NCBI RefSeq assembly: GCF_035594765.1
Contig: NW_026943819.1
Span: 16,976,703-17,040,702, forward strand
Source of the DNA: Anolis carolinensis
Taxonomy: Eukaryota
Direction of reading: 5' to 3'
Length of the DNA stretch: 64,000 bases
Positions 24,943 to 38,587 of this stretch are shown here, piece after piece. The notes under the pieces are model-generated. The model had not been told where the DNA came from, searched no databases, and worked only from the letters and a program-made list of their open reading frames with translations. The stretch's first letter is position 1, and the number at the start of each line of letters is the position of its first letter. A program made the position numbers and the translations under genes.

Positions 24943-26459
24943 AGTGCCAGGTCAGAAAAGCTGATGGCAAAGAGCTTCAGACTAATATGAGTCACTGAGG
25001 AGCCTACAAAAGAACAAACAAAGGCAACAGAACTGCCTTAAGTGATGTACTGTATTATATATAAAGTTGAAAACTTTCAGGAATACAAATAAGGCCTAAT
25101 GCATTGCCTATTCCTAAATCTAAAGCACTAAGTCTTTTTACTTGCAGAAACAAGGAATAGCCTACTTCCTTCTTTTTTGCATGCTACAGCCTCTGCCACA
25201 TACTTTTAAGACAGAATGTGAGACTCCACTTGTGTAACATGTAGCTTGGCCCTAAATCCTCTGTGAAGGATAAGATGGAAGACCATATATAAAATAAGAA
25301 GTTCATATATTCAAAAACATCCAGTTCAGTTACATCAAGAACTACTGCACTAGTCCATGAAGATAGCTGGAGCCAGTTATTACAAGCCTGTTTAAAAATA
25401 GAATAAAATCCCAAAAGAAATCCAAATACTATCTTTTGTGAAAGAGATCCCTTTCCTGAGACTTACTACACACTTCCACTGAAATGAAAGTATTCTACTA
25501 TTTCAGAATGCATGGATCACAATAATGAAAAAAATTAATTCCTCAGGGAGACACACTTAAAAACTGTTATCTACAAAACAATTTTAAAAACAATACAACT
25601 AAGAAAAATACCAGACTAATTAGTTTAAGATATTGTGGTTTTAAAACCCAAGGCAAATATATTAATGTATGGTATTTTTGCTTTTCAATTACATCCTGAC
25701 AAGTACTCCCAAAAGTGAAACACCTTGCCATTAAGCTTACACTAAAAGCGAGAGAGAGAAGATTTTAAGCCGATGCTGAAAGAGATACAGTACAGCTACC
25801 AGATGTATTCTGCTTGGGAGGGCATTCCAAAGTCAAAAGTAGTAGCACTCAAAATTATTTTCTGCCTCAGAGCCATTAGTACCCATCTTCAAATTAAAAC
25901 CTGCAGAGCAGTTGTTTGTTTAATTTGCAACTTTTCACAATTTTCTCCTTATTTTATTGCTGAACATGGAGAAATAAGCTCAACTACTTTTCTTAAAACA
26001 CAGGTAAAAACCACGGTTCAAAATAACAAGAATGATTCACAGAGTGGTACAGTTAGGTTTGGTAAAAATAAGCAGGTGAGCCCATGGAACTTGCCTTCTG
26101 TGGTTGCCATTATAAAGCCTGATTGGATCATGCCTATGCCAAACTGTGCACCCATGGCTTCAACCCATGAATCGTTAATTCATTTAGAATTATTTCACCC
26201 TTGGAAATGGCAAAGATTTTAATAAACAATACAAAAAGTGAGTTTAAAACTGAACCATGGGGAAACAGACAGCGGAAATGTTACTGTGTGTTGCTCTGTT
26301 ACTAGAATTCTTGAGGGTTTTTAAACAACTAGATGATGTTTTTAAACAACCAGATGCTGTTCTCTTTTTTTTGGAATATTCTGAGAAGTTTACAACATGA
26401 GCAGTGTTATCTATCTTGCATGCATGCATATAGCCCCCTAAAGAATAAAAATTTAGTCT

Positions 26460-27130
26460 ATAAAGCCCTCAGCCTACTTGAGGGACCGCATCTCGAAATG
26501 AGAGGGGGCATTTGCAGTGGTGGTCCCACAGCTCTGGAATTCCCTTCCCAAAGAGGTGCAATCGGCCCCCTCTATTTCAATGGGTGAAAGACTCGGGGCT
26601 ATGTCTGTTTTTATTGTTGCTTTTATTGTTTTTATTGTTATTTTAAAGCCAAGTGTATTGTTTTAATCTATTTTGTAAACCGCTCCGAGCCAAACCGGGA
26701 GTAGCGGTATATAAGTTTAATAATAAATAAATAAATAAAATATACTCGCCTTTTGTGCACAGGTTAAAACCTTCCTGTGTAAATAGGCCTTTCCTGATAA
26801 CCCAAAATAGGAAATGATTTGGCTGCAATGGGTAAGGCATATCAACGAAGGATATCTTGGACTTAACATGGCCTAAACAAACAGAGCTTTAGGATTTTTA
26901 ATATATTTTTTTGTGAATGACTTCGGTGGCCTGAGGCCCAGAGAATTTTAGTGGAACATACTGTATTCATTAACTCTGTTGTCTATAGCTTATGGATTTG
27001 TCTTATCTGTTTATCAGTTTTATTTTGCTTTTGTGTCCTGTGATATCTGTCATTTTAATTATTGTTCGCCGCTTCGAATTCCACTCATGGGAGAAAAGCG
27101 GGATATAAATAAATAAATAAATAAATAATA
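26460..27130 (+). mobile_element. Two L2-type 3' fragments
   Basis: GCATTTGCAGTGGTGG..CTCTGGAATTCCCTTCCC motif; stem-loop tails followed by (TAAA)n at about 26740 and 27130. Confidence 0.6.
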
Positions 27131-29575
27131 CAATAGAGGAATTTGCTATTAGAAATGCTGGAGTAAGAGATATAATGACCCCTTAATACTAATCACATTT
27201 GAAGATTAAAAAGATATAAGAGCAAAAACAGAACAAAAAACCCCCACAGACAAAATCATCAGTTTCTGGTACTTAGACGTCACTCTTCATTAACAAGACA
27301 AACATACAGCTGTTCTGTCAATGACTGTTCATAATGCAAGTTACAACTAACAGAAACAAAATCCCAAGAAAACCACTCAATTGCAAAGGACTTGCTTGAA
27401 AACAAATGTATTGACAGTTTGCTTTAAAATTTCACATGGAGTGGTTACAAATCAGCAAAAGGTTGGTTTCCTGAATTCATCACACTATCCTCAGTAACCA
27501 ACTCCAGAACTTGCAAGCTACAACAGAAAAAAATCTGCAAGCCTTATAATGGCGTAACTGTTAAAATGAATTAATTTTAGATTTTAGAAGAAACATAATG
27601 TATTCCATGAAATAATTTGAGGCAAATATATAAATTATTTTCAAGGTAAGAATCTACATCCTGAATTTAATCCAGAAAGCACACTGGAAAGTAAGAAAGA
27701 ATAAGCATTATATACACCTTGCAGTGATCTGGAATATATCTGGGGTCAACTAACTCAGCTGTCTTTACGGAAACATCATTATATAGCGCAGGTTACAACA
27801 GTATTTACCAGAACATTCAGATCTTTTCCTCTAAAAAGGTAGCTAGCAGATCAAGCCAGACACAATGTGCACCTACATTTTTAAGGGGGAATATAAAAGA
27901 GTGAGATGTCATCTGCAGATTGATGATAACCCACTTAAAGCCTCTGAATGATCTTGACCAATGTGCTTTGGGATCATATTACACCATGGGAATAACAAAG
28001 ATCCACAAAAGGCATATGTGAGTTTCCTAACAGTGGAAAAACAAGCTCCTAGCTTGATCTTACAGAATTTCCCTACAAAGGTGGAGGCCCATGGAGTGTG
28101 ATATTCACAGTGCCATACTCTGCTAATCCTTCCAGGAGTATAAGAAGTCATTAAATGATCTAGGAAAAGCAGCAGGCATTCTACTTGTCTCCACTCCAGA
28201 ATAATTTGCCATGAATCAGGATTACCACATCAGTATCAATACCAAATTTCAGCCTGAGTCCAAATTAGAAATCTACTTTAACTAGAAATGCCTAAATTGT
28301 TTAGCCATTATCAACTCAACAATTAAACTGAGACTGGACACCAGGCATTAGCCTACAATATTTTCAATGACCACATTTCAATTTTTAAAAAGCTCTTAGG
28401 TTTTCTTATTCATACTGGAGTAAGTTACAGATGTGTATGTTTAATACTCATCAAATAAAAGACTACTAGAATAATGCCTTGAAGGAAGAATAATAATTAT
28501 GAATACACAAACAATGCAAAGGAAACATAACACCTTAGGGGTTTGTTACCCTGCACCACCACCACAACCCCATTTTCAGAGGCTCAATCAAGTCAGTCAA
28601 GCATGCAAACTGATCCTGTCGCCAGCAAAAGGATTTCCTTTCACTGTGGTCAGCCAAAAAGAGAGCAAGAACATGGCACTGCTTGAAGTTATGGCACCAA
28701 ATAGATCAGACAGGCAAGGAAATAATCAACTCCACATGAGCCACTTCTAGCCCATCACAATGAACAACGCCCATTACTAACTCCAGGAAAGGTCACTGAG
28801 ATTGTGGGGTCACATGCAGAAAGAGGCAAAAGTGAGAGGCTGCCAGCTACAATAAGCATCAGTGTTTTCCTAATTACACTCAGAAAAGAAGGGTTGAGCT
28901 CCAGGTTTTGATTTAGTAACCACCTAATAATTAAAAAAAACCACAATTTCATTTAAGACAGAACCACAACTTCTATTTTTATATGTTACCAGAATATAGA
29001 ATAGAAGTAGTCAGGCATCCAACAGGAATGCAGAAGAGAAACTTAAAAGTGATTGAAAAAGGCAGATACAAAAGTATTTGTGGAAAACAAGACACAATTG
29101 CTGTTTTCAAAAGTTTACTCTCATGAAAATATGTAAGCAATTTTATATTTTAAAAAATTGTACTAGGCTTTCATTGCATCTGCGAGACTGAAAAGAACAA
29201 TGTTCTCAAACCAAACCAAGACTTTTCCCAGCCAAATCAAGAACGATGGTATGGAGTACACATTGCACAGACAAAATTTTGATGCCCTTAACTTTGCTAA
29301 AAATAAATTGAGAGTACAGCAAGCTGTGAGAGCTAGCATGGTGGTGTGTTTGAGCATTAGACTACAATACTGGAGATCAGAGTATGAATTCCTTTTTGGC
29401 CATGGACACCTGCAGGGTAACCTTGGGTAAATTACACATTCTCAGCTGATCCTTGGAAAAAGATAAGTTGGAAACGACTTGAAAGCACACAATAATAGGA
29501 AACTAATTCGACTTCTATGTTATTATTTAAAATATTTTGGATGTTGTAACACTTCAGGTGGATAACTTTTAAGTA

Positions 29576-30146
29576 TTGGGTTGTTGTGTGTTTTCTGGGC
29601 AGTATGGCCAAGTTTCAGAAATATTCTCTCCTGATGCTCGACCACTCCAACAACTATCATGTCAGACTACACAGAGAAGCCACAAGCATGTGGGCAATTT
29701 CAACAGAAAGGATGAAACCATGAAAATGAACAAAATCTGGCTACCAGTATTAAAAAAAACTCCAAAATCAGAACAGTAAATAAGGTGCAACGCTCTGAAA
29801 ACAGAAGAATTCTAGACATGAATCAATCAGGGGCAGCTAACGACTCTGAACAAAGGATTCCCCCAGGCCAGGAGGTGAAGCTGGGAAGGCTATTTAATGC
29901 TAATCAAGGTGACTAATTACAACATTCACACTGGCCTCCAACAGGCAAGAGTTCTTTTCCCCACCCAGGAACTTCCACAGATATATAAACCTTCCTTGCT
30001 TAGTTTCTCCATATACCTCACAACCTCTGAGGATGCCTGTCATAGATGTGGACGAAACGTCAGGAGAGAATACTTCTGGAAGATGGCCATACAGCCCGGA
30101 AACAACAACCCTGTGATCCCGGCCATGAAAGCCTTCGACAACACAT
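29576..30146 (+). mobile_element. Penelope-like element with inverted 5' arm
   Basis: Inverted terminal piece at 29576-29636, then GIY-YIG C-terminal remnant (NFNRKDETMKMNKIW) and pLTR with hammerhead motif. Confidence 0.8.
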
Positions 30147-30639
30147 TTCTAAGTATTATTTATTTATTTTGATTGTTACCCTGAACATAACTATGTAAAC
30201 AAAAAGTAACTTAATATTTCTGAAAGCAGTGCTCTAAAATTACAAGAAGAAATGTAAACAAAGGGCCTGTTCCACATCATCACCACCTGTTTTCAAAAGA
30301 GCCAATTGTACTAGTAGTACATTCAACTGAGACTACATTTGACATGTGTACATTAGATATGTATGGTAATTATTCTGACATCATCCTAAAGTGAGAAAAT
30401 ATGCTAGATTTAATATGATCTCAGATGTGGCAATTATAATTATTACACTCTGCAGTCTCAAATATTCTGTCAAACACATCCATCTCATTAGTATGCCAAT
30501 TTGCTTTAATCTTTAATCAATGTACAATTATATGTATACCAAAGAAGCCATGGCAATGCATTCATCCTTCAGTTTTCACTAAGTAATGAGAACAGTCAGG
30601 GTATCTTACATGTCCTTATAGAGTAACCATAGTATAGAA

Positions 30640-30751
30640 CAGTGGTTCTCAACCTGTGGGTCCCCATGTGTTTTGGCCAGTTTACTAGCTGTTGGGATTT
30701 CTGGAAGTTGAAGGCCAAAACATCTGGGGACCCACAGGCTGAGAACCAAAG
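30640..30751. mobile_element. hAT MITE
   Basis: CAGTGGTTCTCAACC TIR; 8-bp TSD GTATAGAA. Confidence 0.8.
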
Positions 30752-32589
30752 GTATAGAAGTTGAATGTTGAACTTGTGTTATGGAGATCAGGGTTCAAAT
30801 TCCCACTTGGACAGAAAAGCATTCTCTTAGCTCCAGAGGACAGAAAAGGCAACCCCCGCCCCTGAACAAACCTTGCAAAAAAAAAAAAACATGAAAAATT
30901 AACCTAAGGGTCACAATAAGTCAGAAATGACTTTAGGACACACAACAACAGTAAAAACAATATTCTGTCTCCACCATACCTATGACAAGTTTTCCATAGT
31001 GCAGAAACAAGAAGAGTAAGACACAGTGGCCACATTTTTAATTTGCATTTATTTGTTTAAGACTTTATTCTAGACTTGCTTTAAAGGTAAACTTCTCTCA
31101 CATTTTAGGTAAGATGCTAAGCACTTTCAGTTGGTCTTATAACCAAATGACGAAATAGTGAGAAACTGCAAATAAGATTAATTCAAGTTACCACATGGCA
31201 CTAGCAGGAAAGGATGACAAAGGAAAAAAAATCATACCATCTTAAAAGGATGTAGGTAGACAGGAATGTGGAAATTAATTACTATTTAAGGTATCTTCTC
31301 TAAGATAAACTTATCTTCAAAACACAACACTATCTTATGCAGTTTCCTAAAAATTCCACAACTTTAATGTAAAAACACATCATGAAAATGAAGCCAGACT
31401 GACTTCCATTGGGAAGGAGTTTACAACAAACATATGACCAATGAGAAAGTCCTGTCTCGTGCATCCTCAAAGCTTGCCAGGGTAGTTGGATACATAACAT
31501 GCCTTCCATTGAGACTTGCATGTGAAGAGGCAGTCTTTTGGATATTATTGGCCCAAGCTATTTAAGGATTGGTTGGTCAAACCCAGCATATAAAACAAAT
31601 TAGCACTGAACACTTATATCCTCTGCCTTGAAGTCTTGAAAAATCTAGCAATTCAACATTGCAAAAATGTGTGGTTCAGATAAAACACCTCAAGATTGTA
31701 TACATCCTTCAAACATCACGTTCTTAGTACTCTCATTACAGTCATATAAGAAATTCTAATTAATAGTTTGCTGTCTAAAGAGACACTTTTATCCTCTCGG
31801 AAACCAAGAAGTTGCCCATGTTTAGAAGACTGGGTTGCAGCAACCACCCATTAATCTTAGCAACACTTCAATTATGTCTCTTTGGCATTGCCTTTTATAT
31901 AGTGCCTTTAAGATTCTACATTTTCATTCTTCAACTAGACTCACAGGTCAATCAAATTACACATCTGCAAGCTATACAAGGAGTAGGCTAGGGAGAGATT
32001 TTCAATAGTCTGAATTATTGAATTGTTATGTAGAGCACAATAGAGCAGCTTTGTTTAAAAAATTGCTACACCTGTGGCCTTGACTATAAATATATTCAGG
32101 AGTTTCTTACTGAGTTGACTCAACATATAAGAAGAGGAGTTTGTGAGCACCAGTCAGCTTTATTGTTGCTTTCATTGTAAGGAAAACAACAAGTCTGCAG
32201 ATAGTTTGTTGACTTGTGGAGACGATCCACACATACAAGTTCCTGTCACATTAAGATGTAGAATCTTCCATATGAAAGATTATGATGGAGGGTGGAGCTT
32301 GTGCACACTCTTGCTTCCATGTTGGATCAGCATATCAAGTATTTATATAATAAACCATGTCTACTGTAGTTGGTTCTTAGTTCAATGGAAAGTTTCTATA
32401 CAACTCCTATAACTTAAAAAGACTCATCTCAATGACATTTTATGTTTATTCTTGCTAAATAGCTTTTCCTATCACATTAGAAAATCTATTGATTAGTAAC
32501 AATTTCTTCGTCTGAGTAAGGGGCTTACTGTAAAAGGATTGCTCTATCTCTTTGCTGAGAGCCTTACTGCAGTAGAACCTTATTAAAAA

Positions 32590-33870
32590 TGGGCATCACC
32601 ATTCCTTGTCACCTCACGTTAACCAAACTGTAACTGCACTTCTGGCTTCTGCCTCTTGTCAATGTCTTCACATCAACTCAGGTTTTTTGCAGTCTACAGT
32701 AGACTCCCACAAAGCTGCTGTTTATCTTGCTTATAGTTTTTATCAAAATGCTCAGTATCTTTCCCACTTTCTAAGCCATTGATCTCCTCCATTTACACAT
32801 GCTGACATACAATATTACTTCTCTTCCTTTCCTATTTGGTCTATTTCTTTGGAATAGGTTTTACTCTTCCATTGCTATGTTTCAATCATAGAAAGCATCC
32901 AACCAGGTTTCAGTAATTCGTATTAAATCATATTTGTCTGTGTTAAGAGTCTGAGTTCATCTTGTTATTTCCCAAACTCTGAGCACTCTTGTCGGAAATC
33001 GTTCTTGATGAACATGCAGACACATTGTCCAAGAAGTCAAATCTTCCTTTACAAGTACCATCTGCAGAGTGAACTATTTACTTGTAACATTCTTCTCTCT
33101 CTTCCTGGTTAATGTCCTTCAACAGGAAGGAACAATGAAATGGCATACTGTAAAGTCCTTTAGTTTCCTCTTCAGAGCCTCAGTCCCTTACATTGATGGC
33201 TGTATCTCGCAGTATTATTTGTTCCAATATCAATTAGAAAGTAATCAGTATTAGTCAGTTAATGAGTCTTGTCAGATTTTCTGTTATTATCATAGTTTTT
33301 TTGTCACTGAAACACCTTTAAATGCATTCTTATCAGGTCCATACACCTCTGTGTCTGTTTCTTTCAAAAGGGAATCACACAGCAATACTATAACACATCT
33401 CTTCATGCTGTGGGAACTGACAGTAGCTCTACTCTGTCTTTCGAGAAACAAGTATACTGTCTTTGTTCTTGTGCTCTATAAACGCTCATTAAGAGAGCAT
33501 GGAATCTGCAATGTGGCACCAAACTATCAACAGTTTGAGGAGAGGAGGGTAACAAAACAAATTTTGCTGTTGTTGCTGCAATATGTTGCTGTGTGTCATA
33601 TTCTTCCAAGTATCAATATCCTAATTTGGGAAATGTTTTCCTTGCTAGAGGCTTCCTCCACATATTATCCTTCCAGGAGAATCTGCTCCACTCTTTCTAA
33701 AAATGCTTCAAGCATCCCAATAAAATGAATTGTATGTATATAGGCCTCAAGCTATTGCACCTTCTTCTCCAACAGGGCAAGCAGCTTGAATTTGCTGAAG
33801 ACTGTCTTGCAAGAAAGAAAACAGAAGTCAGATTGTTGCAGGTTACTTCAGCAACTGTTAATCTCTAAAT
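32590..33870 (-). mobile_element. Old, degraded CR1 LINE 5' region (ORF1 esterase and ORF2 endonuclease)
   Basis: Minus-strand remnants AQSLGN, KYDLIRITETW and NLFQRNRPNRKG (APE domain); GTNNTAR (SGNH esterase-like); LLALLEKKVQ coiled-coil; many stops; boundaries approximate. Confidence 0.55.
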
Positions 33871-36019
33871 TTATTATCCCATACAGGCATCAGCACAGCT
33901 TTCCCTACAAAGGCACACACAAAGGCACAGAAAAAAGCATGATTTGCTTTTCCTACTGTATATGCTAAGCTCCAAAGACTGAGGCAACTCCTATATAGGG
34001 CATAATATGAAGAGATGACTACTGGAGCTAACAGGACACATATTGATGAACATCAAAGAAGAGGACAATCACAAACTCCTCAATTTCAAAGTATAATATA
34101 TTTTGCAGGGAGATAAATTACTGGGTTTAGTGATGGTATTGATTAAATTTGCAACAATTATTATATTGACAAAACTGTACTGACATACTTAATGCATGTT
34201 TCAAGAATCACACACACAATTATACAAGTCAAAATTCCAGCACAAATCCTAGCTTTGCAACTATGGCTATTTTTCAAGCAAACTAAACTCTGATTACAGA
34301 AGAAAATATATTAACAGAAATGCTTTCTGTTTACTTAGTATACCAAGGCTAGTGTCTCAAGTTTATATGCATTTTCTGTTAGTAACAACAGTGTCAAGAT
34401 ACTTTGCTCCTACTCAGGTAAAAAACCTCCAGTTGGCAATCTGGCATACATAAAGCAGCAAGACGTTTAATGTGTTCAATAAAAACCATGATCAGATACA
34501 AATATATTCTTTCAGGCAGCCTGAAGTTTACCCACAAAAAGAGAAAACACAAAAACATGGAAGTCCAATGGACAGTACAGTCGTCCCTCCACCCTTGAAG
34601 GGATTAGGGGCACAGCTCATCTGGAAAAGCAGAAAAACTACAAATAACTGTTCACATGACAGCATCAATGTCAAGAGGCAATGGATTTTCAAACTCACAA
34701 TCAAAACCTTGAGTGTGAAACCCACAAAAGTGAAGGACCATATTATACATTGTTTAGACCATAAGTGACATTCAAGCACTAATGAAAGAGCTAGACTACA
34801 AATCAGAAATTTGGGATGTCTAATCATAGTGATTCTATGCCTCACGGCTGTCCCTTTCATCGAACAATACATCAAATGACAGAGAGAGACAACCAATTAT
34901 CTCATGAAGTTCTCTATCTGAAACTCTAGTAATCTTTAAGCATTTCTACAGATATATCTCTTTTCTTCTACTGAAGAACAAATAACTTAATTTGCATCCA
35001 TATTCACATTCTACTCATACTGTCATGCAATTGTTTTAACTCTATAAAATACAAGTCAAAACTTTGTTTATAAAGATTTTTTGTTGTAACTTGAAGCAAT
35101 GTATGCTATTTTTGATCCCTAAAGGAACATGTATCTATTAAACTTACACCTGCAGCCGGAATTTATAGCCACCCAGTAATCTAGTACTGTCTTACATCAT
35201 AGGTAATTGGACGTCACCGAATTCATGGCTACAGGGGAAAATGCAGTCCCAATGAATGAGAACATAAAGTAGGCTTGAACTGTACATAATTTAAGTGATA
35301 TGATAGAAGTAAATTAAATCTGACTAAATGTACTGTAATAAACCAGCAACTATTAGTTTTAAGTTCACATTCTATGTACTCTACACTTTACTGACACTCT
35401 CATGAAACACTCACTACTTTATTTTCTTGTGCTCTCTTGTGTTGTATTGATTCATTTAGAAGGAAATTTCATATTTTTCCATGTGTTGTAAATTGCCGTT
35501 CTTTACCTTAACACAGAAAATAATGATCACAGTTCTGCTGATTTGGAGTACACAGCTACATGACTACCATATGAGAATGCAGTGCACTTCTGAGTATTCC
35601 TTGCCTAAGAAAACCCTATGAAATTCATATTTGAAAAAATTACACCAGAGAAAAGGACTAGTAACTTGAGATAAGTACACAAACCAATGCATAGTAGTTG
35701 CTGTGTGTTTTGGATCTCAGACAGGAATTACTCTTCAGACAACAATTTAGTGTAAATATGAATAAGGAATTAAAAAGTGGTCATCAATATAAATTATGCA
35801 AAAGAAATAGTTCTGTCTTTAGAATTGACCAGCAGAGGGAGTTCACAGCTGCCAATGCTATACAAAGGAAAAAGTTTGTAAACACCACAGACTAGAAATG
35901 GAACCAAAATAAACTGATCAGTTCTGAAATGAAATTCATGACGGATGCTTTTAGAATATGAGCAGGTCTACACTTCTCAGGACAAATTCTGATTCAACTG
36001 CTAGTAAAACAGAGTTTTA

Positions 36020-36113
36020 CACTTCTGAGGTTGCCTGCCATAGATGTGGGCGAAACGTCAGGAGAGAATACTTCTGGAACATGGCCACATAGCCTGAAAG
36101 ACATACAACAACC
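36020..36113 (+). mobile_element. Very short Penelope 3' insertion
   Basis: Matches the pLTR end of the other copies; flanked by a direct repeat CAGAGTTTTA at 36010-36019 and 36114-36123. Confidence 0.7.
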
Positions 36114-38086
36114 CAGAGTTTTAAACACTGTACAAAGTGTAAGAACAGGAAATATTGACTTTTACTGTACTAGATATGTCTCTTATAGCTGGATCAACTG
36201 TACAGTTTCAGCTGAAACCCTAAATGATAACATTAATTATATTGATATTCAATACAGTTCTAATTAAATATTTATCAACACTTTTAAAGTGTGACATCTG
36301 TGCTATTTCATGGCACTATTAGGTTTCACACTATGCTTGTTTTGATTTAAAGTAAGAATTCTGAATAGTATTCTGAAGTGTATTTTGTACAAAAGCAACT
36401 CATAAAAGCCCCATTCCTTTTTCCTGTCTGATCATAAGCTTGATTGCAAAACGATATTTCCATATTATAAACATTAAAAAAACTACTGGAAATTTATATA
36501 AAATTTATTTATTTATTGTTAGGAAAATAAAAAAATCACCACTGTCTATTATATTTCTTTAAAAAAAAACTCACCCACTGCATGAAAGTGAATGCTTGTA
36601 TTGATAATACTAGGTTGTCCAACAGTTTGCCTCTTCAGATTGAAAAACAAGCAACCAGATGGTTTCAATAGTAAGAGTGAATGACCTAAGTTTAGTGCCC
36701 CAAATACAGTTCTCTTTTAAATCTAAGCAAAACTGGTCTTTTCTCTTACCAGATAAGCTGTTAAGCCATGCCTTGAATTTAAATCTGCCAATATATGGAT
36801 TCGTCTAACACAGCCACCCCCACTTATCAAGAGTGATATACTTCTTGTTCTATTCCCGGCAACTCTTCCCTTGCTACAAAAAAGAAGGCACTGCAGGGCA
36901 GAAATTCCTCAGGTGCTTGCTAATGGAATTCCCAGGGTCTATGAGCCGCTTCGGGGATCAAGAGATCTCATAGCCCCTGCTGGGGTAAGAAGCAACGAGT
37001 CTGTTCCATTTAATCAAATACAGAATGAATTTTCAGCCCTATTCACTAGGTTGTCTCCAGGGCTCCAAAAAAGCACCAGGAAGCTAGATCACACTAATGT
37101 GGCTCTTTCAGGCAAGTATAATTAGTTTGATTTTAAAAGACTCACATTAATATCACCTCAAAACTATTGCCAGATTGTGGACAACAAGAATACTGTACGT
37201 TACATATCAAACTACGAAAATTTAAACAGGAATCATGCACATACAATACATTCCACAAGGGATGTTTCCTATTATACCACAGTGCATGGTTTCATTTTAA
37301 AAGGGAGGCAGTTAGTCATGCTGAACTCTTTGAGTATGAATATGAACCAGCAGTTATGGTTTTTCTTCATTTTCTTGGCCCTCTTTTAAAATGATATTCT
37401 CCAATTTAACTCACATTATCAAATACTGCATCTTGATTTCACAATTCCCTATGCAAATAATCCTGAATGATAAGGGTTCAGGCATGTATACTCTAGAATT
37501 AATCCTATCTAAAATACAGACATACTAAACAACACCTAACTTTTTACGCCAAGTGTGAAAGACACCTCTATGATCAAACATAATAAATTATATCCAATCT
37601 CTAATATATCTGCAAGGTGTACTAAAGGAAACAATTTCTCAGAAAGCCTAGTTCTGCATGTGTTTTACTCGCCAAGAAAAAAAAAATCAAAACCACAATC
37701 TTTCTAGTAAAATTTCAGTACAATGTTCTCCGAAATTCAGTAAAACCAGTACACCATTTCTGGTCTGATGTATACAAAACTCAATGGTCTCTACCTTGTT
37801 GACTGCATATAAGAAGTCTAAAAATCATAAGCCATGCATGAGAAAGTCAAACCACCTGCAAGTGTGGGCACTTGTAGAAATGACAAAGGTAATCCCATCT
37901 CTCAACTGTGCACCTTTGTCGCACTGTTACATTGTTATCTAGTTATTTTACACATTTTAACCAGGTAAAAACATATGAACACTACTTCTAAAAACCAGCC
38001 AAATGTTTAGCCAAACACTGATTTAAAGTTGCAATTGATGTCCTTGTTCACAAATATATGGAGGAGCACAAGAATGCAAAAAGAAA

Positions 38087-38268
38087 TATCCTGGACACAC
38101 TATTACTTGAAAACACAGAAATAATGGACCACTCCAACAACCACCATGTCAGATTACAGAGAAGCCACTGAAATCCACAAGCATGTGAACAATTTCAACA
38201 GAAAGGAGGAAACGATGAAAATGAACAAAATCCAGCAATTCCAGCAATGAAAGCCTTCAACAACACAC
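38087..38268 (+). mobile_element. Penelope fragment, internally deleted
   Basis: GIY-YIG C-terminal segment joined directly to the 3' terminus (ATGAAAGCCTTCAACAACAC). Confidence 0.7.
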
Positions 38269-38587
38269 AGAAATACCTTGCTTGAATTTGTGAGAAAGTC
38301 TACACGAACACTGACACTGCAATCTTCTGCATCTTTGGTGAATTAAGTTGCTGGAAACACTTGCCATTTAAATAATGATCTTATGTGAACTCATGTCAAA
38401 ATGAAATATGTTACTAATTTATTAAGTAAACAATTTGAAATAGTTAGAGAAAAATGTTTTGTATTGTATAGCATTTTATTCTTGCACAGAGCTCATTCAG
38501 GCTATGCAATTTTAACATGTGTGTAAACAGATAGCAGATATGCAAGCCATTCCAAGTAAGAATTCTTTCTAACTGAGCAACGAAGTG

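Noticed and set aside
36933-36979. Hairpin CAGGGTCTATGAG...CTCATAGCCCCTG as a possible intronic miRNA
   Set aside because: A 13-bp stem with a 21-nt loop is too short for a pre-miRNA; no other support
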